A stretch of 64,000 bases of DNA from Novakomyces olei (taxonomy: Eukaryota). Location: positions 1,426,001 to 1,490,000 of the forward strand of contig JADEYG010000007.1 in NCBI GenBank assembly GCA_016906335.1, in the 5' to 3' direction. Below are positions 47,215 through 59,780 of this stretch, piece by piece. Made by a program: the position numbers and the translations under genes. The notes under the pieces are model-generated. The model ran no database searches, was not told the origin of the DNA, and was given only the letters and a program-made list of their open reading frames with translations. Numbering within the stretch: the stretch's first letter is position 1; each line of letters opens with the position of its first letter.

Positions 47215-47660
47215 CCTGTCCGCACTGTGCCGTTAATGGCACACGGAAATTCTGGTTAGACGGGATCAAGCAGAGGAAAAGAAAAGAAGCCCGGCTCTCC
47301 CTGCTCTTTGCTAGTACGAGCGTCACTCAGGCCCGCAGCCTGTTCGTCTCCGGCACAGTCACGACAGACTTTGTAGTGGCACCGACGTTTCTAGTGCGCT
47401 ACTTTTTGTCTTATTTTTTTGGCTCTAGTGTGCGTGTGCGTGTGTGAAAGTATGAGCTTCCGCGTCAAAAACGTGTTGTATAAGCAACAATCGTATGAAT
47501 TTTTAATACGATTCTTTGAATGTTTCTTGCACTGTTTTGATAATATCAAAGAAATATTCAAAGTGTGCATGCCACTTCACCAACGCACACGTCTCGGGTT
47601 CGGATCTGTGGCGCGATTAGACTACTGTATTACTTGGCATATTGTATTTGTAATAGCGAA

Positions 47661-47743
47661 TATGGCAGACAGAAATGTATGGCAAACACAATAATGTATG
47701 GCAAACACAATAATGTATGGCAGACACAATAATGTATGGCAAA
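47661..47743. repeat. 19-mer AATGTATGGCARACACAAT, about 4 copies, in the HRR25/Zn2Cys6 divergent promoter
   Basis: Direct reading. Confidence 0.85.
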
Positions 47744-47791
47744 TGTTTGAGCAAAGTGCGACTGCGGTAAGGCCAATGGCAGTGCGTTTTG

Positions 47792-49315
47792 ATGAACACC
47801 AAAGCTCAAGCAGTAAGGCGACGAGTACGCCGCGGATGGCGTGCTTGCCGCGAGTGCCGGCGCATGAAGAAGCGCTGTGATCTGGCAAGCAAGGCGCCAG
47901 GAGCGCCTTGCTCGAACTGTATAGCACGAGGAATCGCTGATGTTTGTACGGGCCAGGATACGCAGCCGCCAGCGCCAAAAGGCTCAATGGCGTCAGAGGC
48001 AGTAGCGCCAATTGCCTCTGGCTCAAGCTTTGCAGACAGCAAGGCTGCTGCTCCGGACCCGATCGCTCCAGACTTGCTCGACTCTGGAGTCCGTACCTTT
48101 CTCGACAATGACGTTTACGGCCCGCTGTTTGCGCATCTGCCTCCAGACACAGCGGCTCTGCGTCTGCTGCTGCTGGCGCTTTCGCTACAGAGCCACGAAC
48201 TGCTGCTGCTCGGGCACTATGGGTCTGACTCTGATGTGCTTCAGCAGAGAGCTCATGCCCGGGCTTGCCAGGTGGCAGCACAGTGCAGTGACAGCACGCT
48301 GATTGTGTACTTTGAAGCTCTGAGGCTGCTTTATGCGCTGAGGGAGTACCAGCCAGAACGAGCGTGGTCGCTTGCTCACTCTGCCCTTGCTCAAGCTCAT
48401 ATTCTCGAGTTCCATACTGCCCGCGAGGCCATTGAAGAGGGAATTTACACGTTTCTGACGCTCTCATACGCTTACCTGCGTCTGCTTTTGTGTGCTGGCG
48501 ATGAGGCTCCGTCGCTGTATTCCTCTGCCGCAGCGGCAAGGTCTCCAGAGTACCTGGTATCGCGTTTCGGCCCTGCTCTCGGTACTCAGCTCTCCCTTGT
48601 TACCGTTATTGAGGCAGCGAGTGCCGGCAATACCGCAGTTGCTGGCGGTGGCAGCCGGATGCTGGAGGCCATAGCCCGGAAATGGGTCAGTGACGTAATT
48701 GCTCTGGATCCACAGTTGTTTGAGACCAACAAGGCGCTCCGTCTAGCCTTTCTCGGCGTCCAAGTTCTCGGGTTCCAAACGGACCAGCAGCGGTCCATCG
48801 ATGCGTGCCGAGAAATAAACGATCTTTACCAGCGTATGCTGGACACTGAGCCTGATACACTGGCGGCCAGTCCGCCATCAGTCGGCAGTACTGCCTGCCA
48901 GGCAGCTTCAGTGCTCTGCTTGCATATCATGTTTGATAGACAGAATCGATTGGAGCCAGCGAGGCCCAGTAAAGCAGTGCTCCGGGAGACTATATTACGA
49001 CTGCGCAAAGTTAATAACCGGCTGGCTGCTTATAGCGCAGTGGCCTACGAATGCGAGGCTCTTATCTCTATGGTGTCGATGATGTCACAGGAACTGAAAC
49101 TGGCACGGAGGCGCCCTCATTTAGAGCCCAAGCTTTACCGTTTACTCAAACAGTACCAGAGCCGACGTGGGTTCGAGCTTCGGTCGCGGAAAGAGTGTAT
49201 CATACATGGCGTCGATTTATCATTAATCTGCGAGTACCAGGACGCGCGTGAGTATGAGGGTCCCGACTTGGAAAGTCTAGAGTTTTTTGTCTTTGACGAA
49301 GGGCCGCTTGGGTGA
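47792..49315 (+). CDS. Zn(II)2Cys6 transcription factor
   Basis: ACRECRRMKKRCDLASKAPGAPCSNCIARGIADVC near the N-terminus of a long ORF. Confidence 0.85.
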   Translation: MNTKAQAVRRRVRRGWRACRECRRMKKRCDLASKAPGAPCSNCIARGIADVCTGQDTQPPAPKGSMASEAVAPIASGSSFADSKAAAPDPIAPDLLDSGVRTFLDNDVYGPLFAHLPPDTAALRLLLLALSLQSHELLLLGHYGSDSDVLQQRAHARACQVAAQCSDSTLIVYFEALRLLYALREYQPERAWSLAHSALAQAHILEFHTAREAIEEGIYTFLTLSYAYLRLLLCAGDEAPSLYSSAAAARSPEYLVSRFGPALGTQLSLVTVIEAASAGNTAVAGGGSRMLEAIARKWVSDVIALDPQLFETNKALRLAFLGVQVLGFQTDQQRSIDACREINDLYQRMLDTEPDTLAASPPSVGSTACQAASVLCLHIMFDRQNRLEPARPSKAVLRETILRLRKVNNRLAAYSAVAYECEALISMVSMMSQELKLARRRPHLEPKLYRLLKQYQSRRGFELRSRKECIIHGVDLSLICEYQDAREYEGPDLESLEFFVFDEGPLG

Positions 49316-49466
49316 TACGGCATTGGCTTTGTCGCTTGAGAACTTGTATGGCGAGCTTGAACATGCTGAGAGCGGGCTAGGCAGGTGTCGTTTGCATATT
49401 GCTTTTGCAATTGTGATCCTTGCAGCTTTATAAGCAGCTGAGCAATGTGAATGGAATACGTTTCAT

Positions 49467-49524
49467 GGCCTTTTCTGTCAGGCCTTTTCTGTCAGGCCTT
49501 TTCTGTCAGGCCTTTTCGGTCAGG
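49467..49524. repeat. (GGCCTTTTCTGTCA) x4 between convergent genes
   Basis: Direct reading; last copy has one mismatch. Confidence 0.9.
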
Positions 49525-49711
49525 TACTTTTATTACGCGGATAAAAAGCCACTGGAAACCTTGAGTAATTAAAAGTCAATCGACTATTGATCAATAATAG
49601 GCTATGATACGGCATCTATTTTGAAAAGGCATACGATGCCTTTTGCTGAATCGCTAGTTGCATACATGTACATATATATATATGCATTCGACCAGAGCAT
49701 ACGAGGACGCA

Positions 49712-50905
49712 TCAAGTACAGCAATATCCCTTAAAAATTAGCACTGTTCAATAAACCCAAATAAAATAAATTGTCAAAAAAAAAAAGCGACTAGGCTATC
49801 GACTCACCCCATCAACTCGAAGATCGGCACCGGTTACAAAAGAACTGGCATCGGAAACGAGAAACAACGCGGCTCCCTGCAACTCTTCGGGCTCACCCAT
49901 TCTAGCCATCGGCGTGAGCAGATCCCACAGTCTTTTCCTCTCCGGGTCAGATTGTACAATTTTTTGTGCGAGCTCTGTCTTCATGTACCCAGGCGAAATA
50001 GAATTGACACGGATCCCGTCCGGGGCCCATTCAACAGCCAAACTGGCGGCCATATGACGTACGGCTGCCTTTGATAGGTTGTACGGAGTCTGTGGCTGAC
50101 TCATGTTTACAATGTGACCAGACATTGATGAAATAAATACGATAGAACCCGGACGATGATGTACGCGTAAATGCCGGGCCAGTGCAGTGGCACAGTAAAA
50201 GCTCCCGCACACGTTTACGTCCAGAATACGGCGTAACCTGTCCGCCGGGTACTCTGTCGCTGGAATAACCTCAGTGTAACCGGCCGACGTAATTAGAGCA
50301 TCCAGTGCTCCATAGACACGAGTCATTTCCTCAAAGACTGCGTCAACTGCCTCATTATCGGCTACGTCACAGCCCCAGCCTTGAAGGTGGGGCAAAGGCC
50401 GCCCACTGTCAGTGTAGACATTGTCCTGCAGCCTCAACCAGCCCTCCAACATTTCAGCCGAGGATTTCGCATGAGTTTCGTCCACGTCCAGAATAGCCAG
50501 GTTGGCTCCGGCCCGGGTGACTGCCTGGGCCATAGCATAGCCCAGACCACGGGCGCCGCCTGTTATTATGACTGTCCGGCCTTCCAGGGAGAACGAGGGC
50601 AGTTTGGGAACAAAGTTAAACGCGGAACTGCGAGTATTGTCAGTCTGATTGTCAAAAAGGCCTCCGGCTAGTGCAGATCCTGAGCTTGCATGGCCGTTGT
50701 GGCTGCTCGAGTTTCCCAAGCTGTTGCCCAGACCGCTCACCAGGTTATGTGTTTGCGGGGACCTGCCTGGGATTTTGTTTTTTGGCACAAAACTGGAGGA
50801 GAACTGCTGCGATATGAAGCGGCCGCTACGGGGCAACGATGCCCGTACCTGAAATGCGCAAGGGTGGTAAAGTGTACAGGACCGTCTGCTCATAGCCGAA
50901 AACAT
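49712..50905 (-). CDS. Short-chain dehydrogenase, D-arabinitol 2-dehydrogenase-like, with presequence-like N-terminus, 2 exons
   Basis: TGGARGLG, YNLSK catalytic YxxxK, NSISPGY. Intron 49807-49730 completes VDGGYCCT*. Confidence 0.85.
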
Positions 50906-52219
50906 AACGCCAGTAAAAGACGAGAGGAAAATTTAAGAGTAAAAGGTGTAAAGTTAGGTAGGAGCAAGACCTTGAAAGGTGCTACTAGTAGAATTAAAAA
51001 TGATTGCGATAAAGTCGTCAGACCGAAAGCGTAAAGGCCAAAGGCCAAAGTAGAGACAAAAGTTTATAAACAAAGACGCAAAAGAGCCGGTTCTGTGCGT
51101 GGCCGCTCGAAGAAACAAGTTGTTCAACTGTCTGTATGGCAGATTAGTGAGTGTGTTGGAAAGGCAGTCAACAGCCAAAAAGGTGACGGGCTGTTTTTCA
51201 TATACCGCTCTTCACTCGTCGCTTCAACATACATTTAACTATGTGCCTCGATTTACTTTTGTCGCGGTTTTAATTCCTTTCCTCAAATCGCAAGGGTCCC
51301 CCCTCCCTCTTGATTACACAATTATTTTTAGCTAAGATCTTACCCTTCCCCGCGTCATCGACCCACGCCACAGATGGGATGTGCTTATTATATTACTTTT
51401 ACATCGCACGCGTGCGAATCCGGGAAAAAGGGCTTTTAATTATCGATAAAGTCACGTGCCGGTAGGTGGACGTGAGGGGATACAGAGAATCTTGCGATTT
51501 TCACCAAGTAACGTTACATGCCGTATTGTATCTGCAAAGTGTTGGCCGACACTTCGTTTTAAAGGATAACCGAGAAACTAGTGAGAGGCTGTCAGAGCTA
51601 TACTTTTTCGTGAATGACGTGTATCATACGTTGAAAGGGTCAGATTGAATTTTATTTTGTCTGTCCTGTATTCGATAGAATGTAAAGTACACTAAATAAT
51701 TCACACTGTCCCGACCACTTGCCAAGCTTAAATGACGGCTATCGAACTTATATATGTATATGTATATTCGTTCGTAAAGCGTGCAAAAAAAAGGGGCATA
51801 AATATGTGGTATATTCAGAGCTAGCCAGCGGCCTCACTCGATCTCCGTGAATGGCCCGGAATACTATCACATTCACATTAATATCTTCTTCACTTTAGAC
51901 GTAATTTTCTTGTCAGGCGCTTGATCCATATTCGCATACCGTATCACGAATCATAGGCGCAGAAAGACGCAAAGCACATACAAGGCTGTAGTGTATAGGT
52001 ACCTTTCCTCTTTACCTTCTTGGCATTGCCCTTGACACATTAAAATGCAGGAAAGATCAAAGGTTCTTCTTCTTGATAATTCAAATCTCTGGCCAATGTT
52101 TGGGCTGCCTTTCTCCCATTCATGCATTAGTCTTTGACTTGGTCGAAATATTCCGCAATAAATGCCACGGTAGAACTTCTCGGTCAAGATGATCCTCAAA
52201 AATAGGCGGTGACTGATAA

Positions 52220-53097
52220 TCAAATCAAATCCAGTGCATCCAAATCGTCTTCCTTGTCAGGATTCTGAGAGTAGTCGTGGGCCTGAGACTTGTTCTCTTG
52301 GACATGAGGCTGCTCCACAAGTAATTCTTTCTTAGTCTCATCCTTATCAGCCTCCGTCTCTTGAGCTGGCGGTATTTGATTCTTGTCTTCGCGTTGCTCA
52401 ATGCTTTCTGGTCCTGTCGTTTGCTGTAATCGTAAATATTGTGCCTGCCGCAAAACTTCCTCCCCAGGCCACGGATAGTCTACCGTTGTAGATGCGCCCA
52501 TCTCAGAATTATAACCGGCCGGAGCGGAAGAATATTTTGCGATTTTCTGAGCATAAGAAAGCAAGTCTTGTAGTGATATATTTCCTGATCCTTATCAGTA
52601 ACTGCTCCTCTTTAAAAAGGCTATTTTATTTTCTAAACGTCTATTGGCCTCATCCAATAGTATTATATATTTTCCTTTTTTTAAACATACTCGGCCGATC
52701 ATCTTGTTCAGAGCTTTCTGTATACAAAGACGCGGTAGCGTTGCTAAACCGACGCACATAAGCGTCCATACAATCATCCAAAGTATCTAATTCTGCTCGT
52801 AGGGCTTCGATTCGTTGAGCGTTAGCCTCAATCGCTAATGCTAGAAAAATTAGCTTTATGATTCCTTTTCTTTTGTCTTCGTCCAGATTTTTACTCATTC
52901 TATTTTCATTGCGTGGAGCTGTACGTCGTCATACCTTTTTCACACGCAGCTGACAATTCAGCGTCCTGCCGCATCAAATCCGCCATCCGTTCTGTCAACT
53001 CATCATTCGTGACTTCCGGGTTTGACAGTGTTTGCATTGCTGCACCTGCACTTTTATCGAGATTATCAAGAGCTTTGAGTAAATCTGTCGTTGCCAT
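52220..53097 (-). CDS. MED4: Mediator subunit 4, 3 exons
   Basis: Introns 52934-52841 and 52690-52585. LLSYAQKIAKYS and YPWPGEEVLR motifs, acidic tail. Confidence 0.8.
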
Positions 53098-53664
53098 TGC
53101 TCTGGTATTGTTACGCTCCAAACAACTCCCTCGATAGTCGTTTAATTTATTATAATTTTAACTAGAACCTCAATATTTACAGTATCAGAGAAAATATAGG
53201 GTTAGTTAGGGCTTATAAAGATATAACCGCGGGATATATCCAGATCAACGATCAAACAGTATGAAAAGTGTCATAATCATAAACTGAAGAGATCCAGCTC
53301 AAATACTGAGTCTACTACCTCGGAGTCATTTCAGTTTCTATCCAAGTGGACATTAGATTATCATGTCGTACACGAGAATATATTTTATAAATTACTCTAG
53401 TATCTCATGCTACTATGATAATGCTGAACAATTAACATTGAAGGGCTCCACGTAAACTGCTAATAGTATCGCTGGAATAAAACTTAGAAGCCGGCCCTGA
53501 ATTAAGCCACGCATAAATAAAATGTGGGTTTAGATCGTTATGGACTTTGCTACAAGATCGAAATTGTGACCCTTGATCAACCAAAATAATTAGACGCTTC
53601 ACTTTTCTTATGCTTTTAATTTCCTTTCCTTCCTTTGCACTCTTTCGCTTCAATATCAATTCTT

Positions 53665-55308
53665 CTACCTCGTCATAAAATTATCCTCTGTAAATACAAG
53701 ACGCGCCAGAAAATGCCGTACAAACAGCCCGAACAAACAGCAAACTGCTTGAATTGCAAGTATAACAAAAGCCAAGCGCTGTTCTGTCATGGGCCCCCAG
53801 TGTACAAGGACAAAACTGATAATAGTAAAGTTGGAAGAGTCTAAAGGTAACCCGCTTTTAGGGTGGTAAGTGACCCTTACGAGCCGCAGTGCAGAAAATA
53901 GTCGCAGTACTAAACAGCCTAACCTTGAAGGTGGCCTTTCAAATACAACACGAGAATAAACAAGCTTGCAAGGCCCACCCGTCTTGTCAGCCTGACTGCT
54001 GCTGCCGCCCTGAATCCAAGGCAATCGGTGCCGTGGACAAGGAATAAGACCAAACAGCTGAGGAGCAGATAGAACAAAATTGAACAGCTGCGGCACAAAT
54101 AGTAGTACGACAGTTTTCGAAAAGTGACCGAGGATGCCAACAACGGCAAAGGTCATACCGGCAAAGTAGCAATAAGTATCGCCTACAAAGACTCGAGCAG
54201 GGTACCAGTTATGCCATAGTAAAGCAGAGGACACACTTACAAACGGAAGTAGAAAATAGAAAGAAAGAACGTGCGACTCTGCCGCCGGGTGATCGGGCTG
54301 AAACATGTACAGTAGATCGTTTGCCAGTATAAAAAGCGCAATAATTACGGACTGTCCGACTTCCACACCGTTCACGCCAGCCAAAATATTGATACTGTTG
54401 GTCGAAAAGATGGCAAAGCAAGCCATATACATATAGTACAAAGCCCCCAGATCAACGAGCCGTCCCAACAAAGGCCGTAGTAAAGTAGGGACAACTACGT
54501 GCGTTATACCGAAATCGACATAGTAAACCACGAGGATGGGAATAGAAAATAAGGCTGGCAAAAAGAACTTGTGGCGCCAACGCATATCAAACATATCGTC
54601 CGCGATACCGAGTAATACTGCCGTTTCTAACGAAATAATAGCGGAAAGGTACTCGCCCAGCTAGACCATTAGTAAATCAGTGTACAAAACACGTTTCTTA
54701 CCTTGTTGTGAGGGAAAAGCACCGAATCAGTAGACTTTCTGCCATTTGATATGTATTTGTAAAAGGGAAAAGGCACAAAGCAGATCATGCATAGTATATA
54801 GACCGCAGCACAGACAGCGCCCAGTGACTCTGGTCTAGCGCACGTTAGCACTTGAAATCGAGCATTTGTTTATGACATCTATGTTAACGCAAAAATTGGT
54901 AAAACAGAGTTTAGAAAAGCAGTAGAGTGAAAAGCCCAGTGAAAGAGCAAAATTGAAAATAAAATATTTAATTCAAGGTCAAATGGGCGGCGGCCCGATA
55001 AGACCTTGGCTCTCTGAGCAAGAGAAAAGCAACGATTTCCCCACACACAATCTCTAAATAAAGTATAAAACTAAAATCGCAAATCAACAGCTAAAAAGCA
55101 CGTACATTACAGGCCGATGACGCTTATTGATATCGCGACCCGAAATCCCCTTGGCCACAAATACAGGCGCCAGTCTACGTATCATATAATCCGTCAACAG
55201 AGCAGAAAGCACAGACCCGCTCACTGCGACTCCAATTGGGTTATTGCGAGACTGAACAATAGCTGCGACGCTGCCGAGAGCGGCTGCTGCCTTTAGCACG
55301 TGCGCCAT
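53665..55308 (-). CDS. ALG7: UDP-GlcNAc:dolichyl-phosphate GlcNAc-1-P transferase, 3 exons
   Basis: Introns 55105-54835 and 54701-54661. GRDINK, IPESLG, LGIADDMFDMRWRHK, NSINILAGVNGVE, VFVGDTYCYFAG, PCPRHRLP. Confidence 0.96.
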
Positions 55309-55573
55309 CGGTGCCGAGTGCTTATTTACACGTGTCGTTCGCTTATCGTATATATACCATCTCAATTACACGTGTCTATTGTAGTATTTTATTAATATTA
55401 GAATTATTGTATAATATTAGAATTATTGTACAATACTATAAGCTATCCATCCAATCGCCTATCCAACGCTATATGTTAATCTGCGTATATCTCTAGAGAT
55501 CTGCTCGTTTATGTTTTTGTAAAAATATTGTACAAACGTAGAGCAATAAAAAATTATTAACAGTCGCTAGCAG

Positions 55574-56572
55574 ATGTCAGCAGCAGTGGCCGCTGCAGTT
55601 CGCGCACTGCAGCAAGAGCTTTCTAGCACAGAGGCTCTAGTAGAGGGCAATGCGTCTAAATTGCAAAATGGTGTTTCGCTGTTAACGGCCAAGTCTGAAC
55701 TGCTCGCAGCGTATATACAGCACGTGCTGCTTGTGATTGTGCAAAGAGTTCAAGAACTGCCGCTTGAACCTTCGCTGCTGGAAGAATTAGTGCTTTTACG
55801 ACTATACTTGGAGCGCGGAGTACGTCCTATGGAAGGCCGCTTACGCTATCAGATTGATCGGCTTCTGCGAGCGGCCGCTCGGGCTTCAGACTCGGCAGAT
55901 GCTCAAGCGGCTGCCCGACCAAGACCAGAGATGTTTGCCAGCAGCGACGAGGATAGCGATGAGGCAGAGGCAGAGCCAGAGTCCTTTGGAGAAGGCAAAG
56001 CCGGGACGGCAAAAGATACAAGTGCGACGGAACAGAAATCCAAGATATACAGGCCTCCTCGTATCGCTGCTGTACTGCCCGCGCAGGAGCAACAGCAAAG
56101 GCAGAGGTCACGTGGCGTGAATCAAACGATGCGAGATTATGTGCGGGATATGAGCGATGCTCCCGTGGCACAGCCTTCGGTGGGGAGTAACTTGCAGCGT
56201 AACGGACGGGCCTATGTGGGAGTTTCTGCTGGAGAAGCACGGGAAAATGCAGCCAGAGAACGTTATGAGGAGGAGAACTATACCCGACTTGCTCCTCCCT
56301 CGCGGAAGGAGCGCCGACGCAAAGCGAAAAGTTCTGCGGCTGCAATGGCCGATGATCCTGCACTTGGTGGCGAAGACTGGCGTATACTAGACAGTTATGG
56401 GTCCACTGAAAGAACGGCTCGGCGGCCGGACGCTGTTGAGCGCAGTAAGAGACGGAAAATTATGGATAATTTGGGTGATGGAGAGGGTGCAGACGGTGGC
56501 TCATCCTTGTTTGAAAAAAGGAAGCGGAGTTTGGGACGGAAAATTCACAAGAAGCAGCGTAAAACTGGTTGA
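55574..56572 (+). CDS. LCP5: SSU processome Sas10/Utp3/C1D-family protein (neuroguidin)
   Basis: GVSLLTAKSELLAAY, LYLERGVRPMEGRLRYQIDRLL, YRPPRI, RYEEENYTRL. Confidence 0.88.
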   Translation: MSAAVAAAVRALQQELSSTEALVEGNASKLQNGVSLLTAKSELLAAYIQHVLLVIVQRVQELPLEPSLLEELVLLRLYLERGVRPMEGRLRYQIDRLLRAAARASDSADAQAAARPRPEMFASSDEDSDEAEAEPESFGEGKAGTAKDTSATEQKSKIYRPPRIAAVLPAQEQQQRQRSRGVNQTMRDYVRDMSDAPVAQPSVGSNLQRNGRAYVGVSAGEARENAARERYEEENYTRLAPPSRKERRRKAKSSAAAMADDPALGGEDWRILDSYGSTERTARRPDAVERSKRRKIMDNLGDGEGADGGSSLFEKRKRSLGRKIHKKQRKTG

Positions 56573-57163
56573 GTGGTTGACGGGTATTATACAAAAGTCA
56601 ATTGACAATTGGAAATAGACTTTTTCTATAGTCTGCGCAGTATCTCTTAGCTTTGTGTAATGGCGCGCACACACATAGACTTGTAGGATTGCCAAGCTTT
56701 TCCCTGCACGAAATAATTTGTTATCGCAAAAGCATACGTATTGTCTTGTATTCCTTTCCTTTAACTTTAACAAAATATATACGTATATATATTTTTTTTT
56801 AAAAACGGTAATGAATGTATCGCCATAAATGCCAGGCTTCACTAGAATTATTTCTTACTTATAAAAAATATGTAATGGTATACCACACTGCTCGGGCCGG
56901 CTAATCACTTCCACTGTCTTTTTTACATTATATACATTATATTGTCGCACACTTTCTTACTCTGGCAGGTTTTACCATGTGACCTATCAATCGTTATCGG
57001 TAATAATAAATATAATAATAAATGTGGTAACTTTCCGCCGATAACAGGTCCCCTGCTTGATTGGCGATTGGAGATAACCAAACGTTCGGGCTCACTTTCC
57101 CTCTAAACTTGGCAATTGTGGAGAGCTTGTAGGGAAAATAATTAGACACAATTCTAGTGTTCA

Positions 57164-59780
57164 ATGGCGCACGTGGCGGCGGCAACAGGGCAGACAGCTC
57201 TGCCCGCCCCACTTACGGGCTCGCGCACAAGATCCTTTGGCGGGTGTGAAAACGTAGGTTGCGATCTGGCCTTTTCATCAGCTTTAAACGTGCCAACAAG
57301 GTTTATTGTGTTTTGTATTTTTGTGTTTTTGTATTTGATTATTTTTATCAATTTTCCCTTTATCAATTTTTCTCGTTTGACTATAGATGTTTGAGCGTCA
57401 CCCTATAACGGGCAATTTTTGACCATCTCCAGTGCCGGCAACGCCATGTAAAGTGCGACGAGACAAGACCTTATTGTCTGGTTTGTCGGAGACATGGAAG
57501 ACAGTGCGATGGTTACGTGAAAAACATTATATTTCGATCGTTTGGTCAGAAGCAAGATGGAAAAGTACGGCGGCAAATGTACACAGAACAAGAACAGCAA
57601 CGGATGAGCGAAAAATTGCTCGCACTTGCCCCGCACGAGTGTACTGCAAAGTACCTTTTAGAGGTTGACAGTTACTATGACTCGGTGATGCCTGACTCCA
57701 ATGATAAGCGGCCAATGGTAACGCGTGGACCTTTTGGTGCCTTTCGGCTTGAATCAGAACTGCACAGTGAAGATTTGTCCACGTGCAGTTTGGAAGAAGA
57801 AAGATCTACACCAGGTGAAGTGCATAGCATTGCAATGCAGCTCCCCACCCATGATATAGAAGCCGGTACGCAGCAAGCTTTAGACTTTACTGAATCATTT
57901 ATCGAGCCTTACATCTCACTCTCAAGTGCCCAGTCACCTTTACCACCAATGATCCCCTACCTACCAGGCCTTGAGGATCAGTGGGAGGCCGGCTCTCCTG
58001 CAGGACAAAGCCCTCTTTTATTAACGCAAGACCAAATCTTGAAGAGTGTTATGGACCAGTTACTCAATGTCCCCTCTGCACCAGTCGTTTCAATCTACAG
58101 CGTACCGCAAGACGCACCTTTACTGCTCAACAATTATATAGAGTCGTCCATCGGATCTTACAGCCCGCTAGAGGAGGCAAAGTCGCCTTTGAAAACGCTT
58201 TTTTTGACTCACGCAAAGGAAGCATTGGTCACACTAGCAATGGGCAGGATACCCATCTATGCCGACCAGAGTATTCTTTATGCTATCCTCGCCGTCAGTG
58301 CTTTTAGTTTTTGGATGGCATCAAAAAGTCAGAGCTGGAATAGACAAGCCCTTCAATATATGGTAAAGGCTCAAGAAAATCTCAACTTGGCTTTGGACGA
58401 TGCGTCTTCTGTGCCGAAAAAAGTTAAATACAAGTCTACACTAATGGCTCTTCTCACATTCACTCAGGCTGCGGTATGTTGATCGTCCATTTACCTATTC
58501 AATTGTCGCTTTAATTCCTTTTTTTAGTCTCATTATAAATGAGAATACTTTATTTGTCTATTTCTGCATTTTCTTTTCACTATTATATCCCTCCAATTGC
58601 ACGGAGGCATTGCGGCATGAATTGCTATGCTTTACATGCTTTTGCCAATTGATTTTCCTTGTCTGTCTGCGGTTTACAATACTCCCTTCAGGCCAGTGTC
58701 ACTCTAATCATTTCCTGCTGTTTGTACGTAATTGCCTTACAGTACTAATTCCAGGCATATACAAATAATTTTGATCAGGCGGAACGTTACCTTCTTGACG
58801 CAGAAATTTATATCCGCTCGCACGGCCTACCCAAGCCAATAAAATCGCGGAGGGTTCGTTTACTGCATCATTGCTATTCTTTTCGACGAATATTCTACGA
58901 GAGCACTTGCACTGTCTCCGCAAGAAGCAGTCAAACGGGCAATAGCAGTGATAACGCTACCTTCTATCAAGGATATAATGTACGGGATAATGGGTTACAA
59001 TTGACCTCAGCACTCAAGGCCAAAAGCTCCTTCAATCTAAACTGCGAATGGACCAACTTGTGCACTCACATGCTGGAAATGAAGCCCAAAGAGTCTGGTG
59101 AGAACGATCTGCACCTGGAAAACCCTGGACGCTGGCCAACGTCTCTTTACCCCGACTTTTTTGCGGTGCCCGAGTCCTTTATGGTGCTTCTTTCACAGGC
59201 AATCCGTCTCGGAAATGAGCGCGATGCCGCTGAGCAAGAAGGAGTGCAAGGGATAAGCTGGAAAGAGTTTTGGAAAAAAACAAGCTCCCTGGAGCAATGC
59301 ATATTACAGTGGCAGCATATTGCTTTAGGAAAATTAGGTCCCTGGGACGCAAGGCTGGGGATCGAAAACCTTTCTGCTCGGGGACGAGAGATTGTTCAGA
59401 ATATGCTGAGAGCGTTAGGCCAGGCGCTTTCTATATATTTTTACCGTCGTGTCCACAACCTTGACCCTTCAATGCTACAGGGAAAAGTTGAGCGTGTTAA
59501 CGATAGTTTACTGCGCAACGATAAGCTGGGCGGCATGGTCAGCTTTATTCCGGGGTTCACCTGGTCTGCTTTTATTGCTTCGTGTGAAGCAACTGATCCA
59601 AAACTCCAATCAAACTTTTCCAACTGGTTTAAATTGTCTATCCAGTCTACGGGGCTCCCACTATTTGCCACAATGCTGGAAGTAATAGAAGAAATTTGGC
59701 TGGTACGGCGAACGAGTGATACCAAGGCGAGCTGGCCTGATATTTTACAGCAAAAAAATGTGCAATTGTTTTATTGGTGA
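57164..59780 (+). CDS. Zn(II)2Cys6 transcription factor, Arg81/ArgRII-like, 3 exons
   Basis: Introns 57254-57432 and 58474-58754 give RSFGGCENCRQRHVKCDETRPYCLVCRRHGRQCDGY. Also GPFGAF and C-terminal WSAFIASCEA. Confidence 0.8.

Noticed and set aside
47622..48539. 305-aa minus-strand ORF
   Set aside because: Antisense to the GC-rich Zn2Cys6 gene and runs into a tandem repeat; no recognisable motif.
47792..50905. Zn2Cys6 factor plus SDR as a metabolic gene cluster
   Set aside because: Only two convergent genes flanked by housekeeping loci; no transporter or other pathway gene.
51951..52223. 90-aa ORF overlapping the MED4 stop
   Set aside because: Non-ATG start and no recognisable motif; likely 3' UTR.
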